This document shows, in pieces, positions 45,231-55,300 of a DNA stretch of 64,000 nucleotides. The stretch spans positions 186,001-250,000 of the forward strand of contig OX337230.1 in assembly GCA_946965045.2 (NCBI GenBank). The letters are read 5' to 3'. Source of the DNA: Epithemia pelagica (taxonomy: Eukaryota; Protista; Bacillariophyta). Both the position numbers and the translations under genes were made by a program. How positions within the stretch are numbered: the stretch's first letter is position 1; every line of letters begins with the position of its first letter. A model generated the notes under the pieces. That model searched no databases and was not told the DNA's origin. It saw only the letters and a list, made by a program, of their open reading frames with translations.

Positions 45231-46829
45231 ATGACCGTGTCGTCACTCGTGATTGTCTCCACCACCACTAGCACCGCACCACGGATTCATCCTACGACAA
45301 CAACAACTACGTCGACAAGGACAAATAATGGTGGTGGTGGTACCAAGCCAACCATGCCACATTCGACTGGACGACCCGCATGGCACCATTTGCAATGGCG
45401 GAGAATGACATTCCTCTTGTTCGTCGTCGTTCTTTGCTGGTTCCAGCAGCATCCGTTGGCATTCGTAGTGGCCGTCACTCCTACACACAGTGTTGCTGCT
45501 GCTAGGTCCACAAGGAGACGGAACTCATGCTTACCACCATTATCCTTTCAAGCTCACCGAACACGACCGAATCTACTGGGAGGATCCCGCTGCCGCTCAC
45601 ATCTAAAACAGCAACTACTACTACTTGTTGGACAAGAACCGCCTTGGACAAGAACAAGAACAACAACAACAAGTTTGTTTCTGTCCTCTTCTTCAAAAAT
45701 GTCGGAGCTCCCAGTGGAACCAACTGGCAACGCGACACTCACAAAGATGAACAACAACAAGGACAACAGCAACAAGGACAAGCCCAAGGACTTGGGCGTG
45801 GATGCGAGCAACCAAACGACTATTCCGGACGACAACGACCAGCCACGGACTGCATCCACGAGAGCGGCATCCGCAGCAGCAGCCAATCCTCCCCCTCCTT
45901 CTCCTCCTCCAACGACGACGACGACTGGAGCATTCCCTCGACCGAAACAATTCCTTCGACCCAACGACACTCGCAGTACTAGAAAGAGTGCCACCACGAC
46001 CGTTACCCCGAATACGAATCCGAAACCAACGCCCTTGGAAAATTTGCACATGGTCAACCATACTCCTCCCAGCAAACTGACTCGATTCGTGCAACACGTG
46101 TGGCAGACGTGGAAACCGCGCATTCCCAATCTCTTGACCACGCTCCGCATGACTGTGCTGTTACCACTCATGCTGCAAGCCTTTTATTCACGACATGCTC
46201 CTTGGTATGCCGCGGCCCTGTGGTGGACCTTGGCGGCCGTGACGGATGGCCTCGATGGATGGTGGGCCCGACGCTTTGACTGTACCAGTCCGTGGGGTGC
46301 CTTTTTGGATCCCGTGGCGGACAAAATTACGGTTTGTATCACACTCATTGTCTTGACGGGATATTATGGCACCATCCTCCTGGCACTGCCCACGGCTATC
46401 ATTGTCGGACGGGAAATTGCCATTTCGGCCCTGCGCGAATGGATGGCCAGTCGATCCAACCAGAAGAACGACAGTAGTGACGACAATCAGGACGACCAAA
46501 CAAAGAGTGTCGTGGCCGTGTCGTGGCAAGGCAAGGTCAAGACGGCCGTCACCTTGGTGGCCTTGAGTGCTTGGCTGTTGATGGCGGGCGCCAACCAACA
46601 CCTGACCACATCGACGACCAGGACCATGGCGGTGGGCCTTTCGTGGCTGTGGAATGTGGTCACCTCTCGGTTCTGGTACGGATTGTGTGTGACCCTCTTG
46701 TACACGGCCACACTCTTGACCGTCACGAGTGGTGCATCGTATTTTCGTGCTGCGGCACCCTATTTGATGGGAGGAGGAGGAGACTCCACAACCGCCACCA
46801 ACGACAACGACTCGGCGTTGCCGTCGTAA
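45231..46829 (+). CDS. pgsA: CDP-alcohol phosphatidyltransferase, PGP synthase/cardiolipin synthase family
   Basis: IPNLLTTLR; signature TDGLDGWWARRFDCTSPWGAFLDPVADK; GREIAISALREWMA; VSWQGKVKT; long N-terminal targeting-like extension with uncertain start. Confidence 0.85.
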   Translation: MTVSSLVIVSTTTSTAPRIHPTTTTTTSTRTNNGGGGTKPTMPHSTGRPAWHHLQWRRMTFLLFVVVLCWFQQHPLAFVVAVTPTHSVAAARSTRRRNSCLPPLSFQAHRTRPNLLGGSRCRSHLKQQLLLLVGQEPPWTRTRTTTTSLFLSSSSKMSELPVEPTGNATLTKMNNNKDNSNKDKPKDLGVDASNQTTIPDDNDQPRTASTRAASAAAANPPPPSPPPTTTTTGAFPRPKQFLRPNDTRSTRKSATTTVTPNTNPKPTPLENLHMVNHTPPSKLTRFVQHVWQTWKPRIPNLLTTLRMTVLLPLMLQAFYSRHAPWYAAALWWTLAAVTDGLDGWWARRFDCTSPWGAFLDPVADKITVCITLIVLTGYYGTILLALPTAIIVGREIAISALREWMASRSNQKNDSSDDNQDDQTKSVVAVSWQGKVKTAVTLVALSAWLLMAGANQHLTTSTTRTMAVGLSWLWNVVTSRFWYGLCVTLLYTATLLTVTSGASYFRAAAPYLMGGGGDSTTATNDNDSALPS

Positions 46830-47172
46830 CACTGGACCGTATACCACACAATGATAACCGTAATATGTGGCCAATCACACAAAAGCAGCAGTAACACGCG
46901 ACGAGCATACTGGAAATGACTCGTGTCTCAACCGCACTATACTACCTAGTTTGGTGGTGGCAATTGGCTTGCTTGCCTCAAACGAGAACAACACGACGAC
47001 GAGTAATAGATAGCGCTAGTTCTACATCAGTATGGTTGTTTCCTTGTGCTACGGATTTTCTTCCACTTGTCACCATCTCGAGTTATTCTTTTAGGTGTCG
47101 TGTTGAGAGAGAGCGCAAACCCACGAGTGAGCTTTTGGAGAGACCTTGCTCGATTATGATATATCTCTACTA

Positions 47173-48006
47173 TTAGTTGTTTGGCGTCTCGGCATTGTGG
47201 TTGCCCTGATTATTGTTCTCGTCTTGTTGTTTCGTTGGTTGTGGATCATCCCGCACCATGAACCAAGACGGATAGGAAGATCCATTGTCGTGTCCCATGG
47301 TTTGATGGTGGACGACACGAAATCCCAATCGTTGATAAAACTGGACATTGCGTTCTTCTTGCGTCGCCAATCGTACCGACAACGACGACGAGGACGACGA
47401 CAAGACGTGGCGCAAGGCGCGACTCCCAATCCCTCGTCCTTGATAGTCGGGTCGAATCGTCATGCGTTCCAATTGAATTCCTGTTGTTGTTGTTGTATCC
47501 ATGGAATTCCAGACGGCTTGAAATTCATCAATTGTGGCCAACAAGCGTTTCATGGGGCGCCATCCAAACCGAAAGGGAATTTGATACAAGCCATAGTACA
47601 GCATGGTCCACACCGTCAACTCGGTTTGGGTCACGGGTGTACACAAGACGGTCCCCACCATGATTGGTTCGTTGGTAGGAGAACCAGCAGTCGTCGAACC
47701 ATCCTCGTCCTGGTGGTGGTGGACACAAATTTTGTGCGCCACAACGCCGGAATCGGCCAAGAGTTTGAGATTTTGGGTAAACAACCATTGCAAGGCGGCA
47801 ATGCGTTTGGTCCGATTGGGAACCGACTCGAACATGTAGGCATAGGACGGGGAATCGCAAAAGGCTTGCGCCATGACGTGGGCCGCTTCGGAAAACTCGT
47901 GCCGTTCCAAGGGATGGACCGTCACGGTCAAACTAGTACCGTCCTTGTCGTCCGCGGTGTGGTTGGTTGTCGTAGTATTAGGAGAGGATGGTGTTGGACT
48001 GGTCAT
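47173..48006 (-). CDS. GNAT-family N-acetyltransferase (277 aa)
   Basis: Motif A LERMTIRPDYQGRGIGSRAL and motif B LATQEERNVQFYQRLGF. Confidence 0.85.
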   Translation of the reverse strand: MTSPTPSSPNTTTTNHTADDKDGTSLTVTVHPLERHEFSEAAHVMAQAFCDSPSYAYMFESVPNRTKRIAALQWLFTQNLKLLADSGVVAHKICVHHHQDEDGSTTAGSPTNEPIMVGTVLCTPVTQTELTVWTMLYYGLYQIPFRFGWRPMKRLLATIDEFQAVWNSMDTTTTTGIQLERMTIRPDYQGRGIGSRALRHVLSSSSSSLSVRLATQEERNVQFYQRLGFRVVHHQTMGHDNGSSYPSWFMVRDDPQPTKQQDENNNQGNHNAETPNN

Positions 48007-49381
48007 GGTCTGAGGAGCAGTATAGAGGAAAGGATCTCTCCTCTCTATCTGTGTGGCGCTGAACCCAGTCGAAGATCTTTTTTTTCTTCTTCCGGATCGT
48101 TTTGTTTTGCGCTATCCACGACTCGTGAATCGGCGCATGGTTGCTCTTTTCCGTCTGAGTCCAGTCACGAGAGACAGCGTTTGCCATGATTGATTGGCGT
48201 GGACGGCTTCTCGAACCTTTCTCTTTCGACGACGGATACCTACCGCGAGAACCCAACGTGATCCACGGGATCGATCGTACCGTTCATCCGAAGACCCACA
48301 TGTCGTTTTCGGATGCGGTCACACATTTGTCGCATCGATCCTCATCTCACAGGTCTATAATAATAATATATGGGGCAATGAATCTAGGATTCTGGGTTTG
48401 GAAGTGTGCAATCTCCCCCATCCGAGACTCGGTCCTCGTCGCACAAGCATTTGGATGCGGACGACTGTTTATCACTTGCTACTAGAAAACACAATCGCAA
48501 TGAGAATCCTCTCCAAGTAGTATGCCGCTCGATTCGATCGACGGAAGAGTTTCGATGTTAGACTACTATTTGTCCCAGCGTTTCTGTTGCGTGTGCATCT
48601 CCCAAACAAGACACGTGACAGGAACTACTCGAAAGAGATTGCAACAACAACACCTTGTTAGTAGAACATTTTGTGAATAGAGGAAGGGATACGGATTAGG
48701 GATTAGGGAGAGATTTCTCGGCGTTGTCGTCGTCTGTCTCTCCAATTTTGCACTCCCCCTATAGGATGCTATACTATAGAATATATTCCACTCCCATGAG
48801 TTCCTCTTGTTTGTCCATGCTTTTTTGTGCCAAGTCGCCGATGCTAGACTACTCGTACTACTACTCCAATGTCGTCGACTCCACTCGTGCGGAGGGAAGG
48901 GCGAGACTCGGGCTCTTGTTCCATGGGGGGGAAATTGACCCGCGACGCGTCTCGGTCGGCGTGTGATTGGGGGATTCTTGGATGCGGGCTTATAAATAAG
49001 AGGCTTGTGGCCCATAAAGGCTTAGCTATCCGAGTAACGGCTTCAGGATCATTCCCCATCTGGCGTTCTCGCGATTCCATCCATTGGACTGGGACGGACC
49101 GCGACCGTTGTTGGGTCGGGCAATCCTCGACAAAACACGACACGACCACTATCACACCTTTGTCGTCTCACACTCCTCTTATGTCGTCGCGCGTTGTGCT
49201 TCTCTTGACGGCATGCGGCCTCACAAAGTTTGTCCTCTTTTTGCGCCGTGGGAGACGACCCACAAGGCCTTGTCCTACTCCTCTCATCTCACAGAACGAC
49301 AGAGGCGGCCTTGGTGTGTGGTTCTTATTTGGCGGCAGTGTGGCACTCCTCGACACATGTCTACACTCATCCCACGAGTAA

Positions 49382-51496
49382 ATGCCACAAATTCGTTCTT
49401 CTCCTATCTCTCCGACCAAACCAAGCTGGAGACGTTCCACCATCATGTCCACTTCTTGTTACTCTTCCATATCCTCCTCCTCCTCCTCCATGTCGACTTC
49501 TTCTTCCTCCTCCTCCTCCTCCTCTCCTTCTGCTTCGTCTTTACCACCCTGTCATGCCCATTCCAATTCCAATGCATCGTCGTCCTCGTCCTCATCGGCT
49601 GCCTTGTTGAGCATTGCCATGTCGTTGGACATTCCCTTTTCTCAAACGGTAGGTTTGTCACCGGAGGACATTGCCGATCAATTGTCGGCCATGGTCCGAC
49701 AAGAACAAGACTCGTATCGATGTAGTGGCGATTACTTGTTGCGCAATGCCCAACGACAAGAACAACAACAAGCAAAAGAAAAACTACCATCCAACAACAA
49801 GAAGAAAGATCTGGACGACGACGACGACGAGACATCTCGGACAACGGCCACGACATGGGAGTCACGGGCCAGTGCCAGTACCAACAGTCGTAGCAGCACC
49901 ATGACACGTACTCGATCCGGACATCCACAAGAACCACCAAAAGAAACAACAACAACGAATACTCACAATGACGACTCACCCTTGGATGCATCGTGTCGGG
50001 AAAAAATGTGCGATTGGAGTTTTCGTGTCTGTGCTCATTTTCAAATTCCGCGACATGTCACCGCCATTGCCTTTTCCTTGTTGGATCGGTATTTGGATGC
50101 CCAAACCAGCACGACGACCACAATACGAAACCAAACAAACACCCACCACAAGAAGGGTGGGGTGGTGGATCGCCGCGTGTTAAAGTTGGCGGCCATGACG
50201 TGTCTCTTTGTGGCCACCAAGATTCATCATTTCCGTCCCTTGTCCTTGCAAACCTTGGTGGAATTGAGCAAGGGCGAATTTGTTGGACCGGAACTCTTGG
50301 CCATGGAACAAGACATTTTGCAAACCTTGCAATGGAAGGTCCATCCCCCCTTGGTGCAAGATTTTGTCCAATACTTGCTCCGTTACGTTCCCTTGCTTCC
50401 CGAACAACGCTTGGCGGTCATTCAAAAAGCCTTGTATTGGTCCGAATTGGCCGTCTACGATTACGATTTGATTTTGCACGACAAGAGTATCATTGCCCTC
50501 GCGGCCGTCTGCAATGCCTTGGAAACCGTCTTGATGACAGTGTCGTCGTCCTCGTCGTCACATTCCTTGTATCATGCCACCACCACCAACAACACCAACA
50601 CCAACAACAATGCAAGGAGTAGTCACATTGTGCAATTGGAACTGTGGCTCTTGTCAGTCGTTCATTCCTTGTCCACATTGTCTCCTGTTCCGGCCGCCGT
50701 TTCTTTGATGGGTGCTTCTGCTGCTTTGCATCGCATGGTTCCGGCTCACCCGTGGGGCAGTGGTCCCCGAGTGCCACCACACTCACACCACCAACAACAA
50801 AAAAATCCCCGCTACCATCGATTGGCCAAGTTGGTCCAACGGACGCAACGTCGATTGTGGTATTTGTTTACCTGTTCGGCGCAATACGAACTCGAACAAC
50901 ACGAATTGTTGGTACATCAACAAGAAGCACAACAACAACAACCACACGCCACACCATTTGGTGCTGCGGCGGCCCCCTGGGGACAACCCCCGGGAGTACT
51001 GGCACAACCGCAGCAGTTCCGTCCCTGGACCACTAGCAACGAGTCGAAACCACCCAACCAACCACAAACCCGACCACGACCGACTCCGGGTCGACCCCAA
51101 CCTCCCAGTCCCACTACGGTATTCCTCGAGGCATCTTCCACATCCACCACCAGCACCACCACCACCAAGTCGTCGTCGTCGTCGTCATCGTCGTGCACCA
51201 ACATTAACCGTACGTCTTTCAAGACTACTACGATGCGAGACAGTTCCTCCTCGGCCTCGTTCCCCAGGACGACGTCCACGACCACGACCAGCAGCCGATG
51301 GAACAAAAGCCGAAGCACACGACGAAAAACGGCGTCCCTCCCTCCTCCTCCTCCGCCCGAAGCCATTGAAGTGTGGATGCAACAACAGCAACACCAACCA
51401 CAAGGCACCACGCCCATGGATGTCGTACAAGACGATACACCGTCCGGAGGACCAGCGTCATCCTCCATTTCCCTACAAGTTTGCTGGACGACCTAG
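49382..51496 (+). CDS. Cyclin (diatom-specific-cyclin-like, 704 aa)
   Basis: Cyclin box REKMCDWSFRV...AIAFSLLDRYL...KLAAMTCLFVATKI...MEQDILQTLQWKVHPP, preceded by AMVRQE..YRC..DYL. Confidence 0.88.
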   Translation: MPQIRSSPISPTKPSWRRSTIMSTSCYSSISSSSSSMSTSSSSSSSSSPSASSLPPCHAHSNSNASSSSSSSAALLSIAMSLDIPFSQTVGLSPEDIADQLSAMVRQEQDSYRCSGDYLLRNAQRQEQQQAKEKLPSNNKKKDLDDDDDETSRTTATTWESRASASTNSRSSTMTRTRSGHPQEPPKETTTTNTHNDDSPLDASCREKMCDWSFRVCAHFQIPRHVTAIAFSLLDRYLDAQTSTTTTIRNQTNTHHKKGGVVDRRVLKLAAMTCLFVATKIHHFRPLSLQTLVELSKGEFVGPELLAMEQDILQTLQWKVHPPLVQDFVQYLLRYVPLLPEQRLAVIQKALYWSELAVYDYDLILHDKSIIALAAVCNALETVLMTVSSSSSSHSLYHATTTNNTNTNNNARSSHIVQLELWLLSVVHSLSTLSPVPAAVSLMGASAALHRMVPAHPWGSGPRVPPHSHHQQQKNPRYHRLAKLVQRTQRRLWYLFTCSAQYELEQHELLVHQQEAQQQQPHATPFGAAAAPWGQPPGVLAQPQQFRPWTTSNESKPPNQPQTRPRPTPGRPQPPSPTTVFLEASSTSTTSTTTTKSSSSSSSSCTNINRTSFKTTTMRDSSSSASFPRTTSTTTTSSRWNKSRSTRRKTASLPPPPPPEAIEVWMQQQQHQPQGTTPMDVVQDDTPSGGPASSSISLQVCWTT

Positions 51497-51978
51497 GTGA
51501 GTCGAGTCGAGAGAATCCAGAGAGGTGTATGTGGTAGGGGGAGCAAACTGTTTCACTATAATAGAACCTATTACAGTAAGGGAATCCCTTTTTCTCTCAA
51601 CGAGACAAATGCAATGCTCTATTCTAGCTAGTAGTTACAAGGTTCCACAAGAACAGAGCTTGCAATTTAATTGAACTGCTTTGAGACAGCCCGTGTTGGG
51701 ATACTGCAGTCCTGACAACAGAGAGAATACACACGCCCCAATGCCCCAGTGCAAGTACTAGAGCTATTATACTCCTATTCGCTAGGATGGATGGTTTTCG
51801 TCCCACTACTCTACTAGCTACCAAGCTTCGTTCTCCTCTACCAATCTATTGTTTCTTGATAGTGCAAGAATAAGAACACCTCTTCTTTCTCTGTCCGCGT
51901 TGTGACGAGTTTTGTACATTGCTCTAAACGTATATATCGACTGTTTTTTCATGGACTTGGAATCCTTTTTTTCTCCAT

Positions 51979-52018
51979 TGCGATTCGAGACCCTTCGAGA
52001 CATGGGTCTCGAATCGCA
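51979..52018. repeat. Perfect 15-bp inverted repeat (hairpin, 10-nt loop)
   Basis: TGCGATTCGAGACCC-ttcgagacat-GGGTCTCGAATCGCA. Confidence 0.9.
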
Positions 52019-52133
52019 TTGCAACGCGACATTATAACTAGTCTATCAGACATCAGACGCCAAAACAGACAAAAAGAAGAGTTGACTGTGGGTTTGATGG
52101 TTCGCCCGGCGAAAGTCAATGATATTGTTGAGA

Positions 52134-52311
52134 TGTCTCATTCTGGTCGATACGGGATTGATACGTCAGCATGACGTAGATTGGGCCTTATGGCGACGTA
52201 GATTGGGCCTTATGGCCGGGGGGCCACTTTACTGGTTTTATGCGATGGATGTAGTTGTAACGCTTATCTTAGTCTTTCTTTGGAACGGATTCTATCAAGT
52301 AGAATAAGACA
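52134..52311 (+). repeat. 5' LTR (178 bp)
   Basis: TGTCTCATTCT...AGAATAAGACA; no difference from the 3' LTR found on manual comparison; internal 22-bp tandem repeat at 52173-52194 and 52195-52216. Confidence 0.97.
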
Positions 52312-52325
52312 GTTTATTAGACCCA
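52312..52325 (+). other. Primer-binding site complementary to the anticodon arm of a tRNA-Ile(AAT) (half-tRNA type)
   Basis: GTTTATTAGACCCA; its reverse complement TGGGT-CTAATAA-AC reads as a 5' stem, a 7-nt loop with anticodon AAT and the first two bases of the 3' stem. Confidence 0.65.
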
Positions 52326-52349
52326 TCGTCTGGTAAAGAAGAACGAAGA

Positions 52350-55300
52350 ATGGCTACATCGACACGATCGAATACGAAAACTGCAACTGCAAGTGGAAGG
52401 AGCGGAAGCGGAAGCGGAAGCGGAAGCGGAAGTGGAGGCGGAAGCGGAAATGGGAACCCCGGGGCCACGGGGAATGGGGGAGGAGATCGTACTTCACGCC
52501 ATGGCGCAAGTATGGGAACGGGAGCGGGAGGGAGTGACCCGCCAGGAGGTGTACCTGGAACTACAGGAGGAACCGCAGCAGGGACAGCTGCAGGAACGGC
52601 CCCGGGAGTGGCGGCACCAGGTGGTGCGCCTGGGACTGGCGCAGGAAGCGCCGGAACGGGAGGTGCCGGCGGTGGAGCCGGTGCAGGATGTGGTGCGCTG
52701 GGAGCGGGAGGAGGCGGACATGGTGGCGGTGCCGCAGGAGGCGGAGGCGGCGGCGGTGCTGCAGGAGGAGGTGCAGGAGGAGGTGCAGGAGGAGGTGCAG
52801 GCGGCGGCGCTGGAGGCGGAGGAGGAGGAGCAGGCGGTGGTGGCGCTGGAGGAGGAGGAGGAGATGGAATACCTCCAGGCGTTCCAGCACCACCACCACC
52901 CCTCTCTGCTGTGGGAATGGCACTTAGTGTATGTGGCGCGAATCCTTTCGAAATATACGCCCTAGAACATACCGAACGCCTTAACACCCTAGAGTCATAT
53001 GGAAGAATGACATCGGATGACGTGACCCAACTGGTGTCGAGGCTGGAAAAGCGCCCGTACCCGCACAACGTGGCGATTCCTTCAAGCGTCGTAAAGAACA
53101 TTCAAGGAATGTGCTTCTGGTCCGCCAGAGCGCGTCGTCAAGGCCGTCCGCTTAACTACGGAGACTTCACAACTGCTGTCCTAGCCGAATCCCTGGACGC
53201 GATGGAGATCCAGTCGGAGAAATCCTCTGCACCTGATATTAAGCCCTCTGCCCTCAAGGAAGAAGACTGGGAGGATTGGAGTCAAGAGTTCCCAACCTAC
53301 CTATCGCATATCTATGGAAAACAGAAGGCACCATTGGACTACGTGATTCGTCCCGATTTAGCGCCTACCCATGTCTTTGCAAGCACTAGGGAACAAGAGC
53401 TCTATAGCTACCCTCTAGGTGGGCCGTACTTCAAAGAAGACAACAAGGAAGTGTTTCGCCTATTGAGTGACCTTGTCAAGGATCAACCTGCGACGTGGAT
53501 TCAGCCTTTCCAGGCTTCACAAGATGGTCGACGCGCATGGATGGCATTGGTCGATCATTTCGATGGGGGGGGACAGAAGGAGCGTCGCATCTCCAAGGCT
53601 GAAGCTATTTTAGAAACGGTGGTCTATCAAAACGAACGTGTATTTAGCTTTGACTCGTACTCGGCACAACTATTGCGTGCTTTTCGGACGTTGGATAGCA
53701 CCCCAAATCGCCGGTCTACGGCGAACCAGGTCAAGATTCTCATCGACAATATGAAGGTGGCGACAGCAGAGTTCGCTGTGATTAAATCGTACGTTCGAAG
53801 CAACCACCGGACCGATCTTCAAGGGGCTATTGCGTATATCTCTCGAGAGATATCTGACATCTACCCGGATGTCGCTGTCGGGAACCGTCGCAACCAAGGA
53901 CGTCACCGCTTTGTTTCGGAAGCCACATCAAGTAATCGGCCGCGCAATTTTACTGGCCTTGAGCAGAACAATGGCGTTTACACCTTCTTTGGCGTGGACG
54001 TGACTGATGTCACCCGCCGATTCTCAAGCCAAGAAATGAACTTGTTAGGTCCCAGTGGCCAAGCTTACATCCATCAGGAACGGGAACGTGTTCGAGCACA
54101 GGGCGGTCGTGGTGGCGGCCGTACTTTCGGTGGCCGGGGACGTGGTCGCGGTGGACGAGGACACGGTGGTGGACGACATGGTGGTGGAGGCCGTGGGGTC
54201 GCCGAAATTCAAATGGAGAACCAATCCGTCATCACGGATATCACCAACGAGGGGAATCGCACCACCAGCGGGGGCAATGGGGGAAGTGACGGCAATAGGG
54301 GAAGTGACGGCAATACTCAGGGAGAGCGCGGAAGCACCAATGGGAGAAGGTTCGGGAACGGGGCTTATGGGGACGATTCGGGGAGTAGCCGCCATGGCAT
54401 ATCGGTAGTGAATTGTGGTCCGCAGAGACGGGTCGGGAAGGTGGAGAAAGGTTGGTTGTTGAAGCAAGGATCCGGGGGAGAGACTGGCAGAAACGAAATG
54501 GATACCATGGCAGATACGTGTTGCGCTGGACGCAACTGGACCTTGGTGGAGACAACTGGCATGGAATGCACAGTGAATGATTTCGCTGGCAATCAAGTGG
54601 GGGCAACATCCGTCCCAGTCGCGACATGTGCAACGGTGGTGAGGGATCGGAAGTCTGGGATGGAAATTGTGATTATTGGTCATCAGATGCTGTGGTTCGG
54701 TAACAGATTAGACAAATCCTTATTGAATCAAAATCAGGTGCGCCACGCGGGGCATGACGTCCGAGATGACCCGACGCGGCAGGACAAGGAAGGGTTTGGG
54801 ATATGGATCGATGGGTTCCACATTCCGTTTCAGCTACGCGGAACGACGGTGTATTTTGAGTCCCGGGCACCCAGTCCTCAAGACATCGAGAGTTTGCCGT
54901 CGGTCGTCCTTACTCGGCAGGAAAAATGGGATCCCCATACGGTAGACTTGTTGCAAAAAGGGGACAGTCCGTACCTCGAGACGCATGACATGGGCATGGC
55001 CGGGGTCGGAGCGATCTCGGCTGCTCTGGTACCTCAAAGAATCAACCGCGAGCTGGCCGCTCGTCCGCGTGTCAAGCAGGTGGAGAGCACGCGACATGGG
55101 GCAGTCACACCGGAATCACTCAGTCGCAAGTGGCGCATTGGACTCGATTCGGCTCGGGCTACCCTCCGAGTAACCACCCAACAGGGGATCCGGACGGCTA
55201 TCTCGCCTATCACACGACGATACCGCGTGGATAACTTAGCCCTACATCGTAACAGATTGCAAACGCGTATCTATACGGACACTCTATTTTCGAAAACGAC

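Noticed and set aside
52295-53101. 268-aa polyproline-rich ORF on the minus strand
   Set aside because: Antisense shadow of the Gly-rich Gag N-terminus; it begins at a non-ATG position inside gag.
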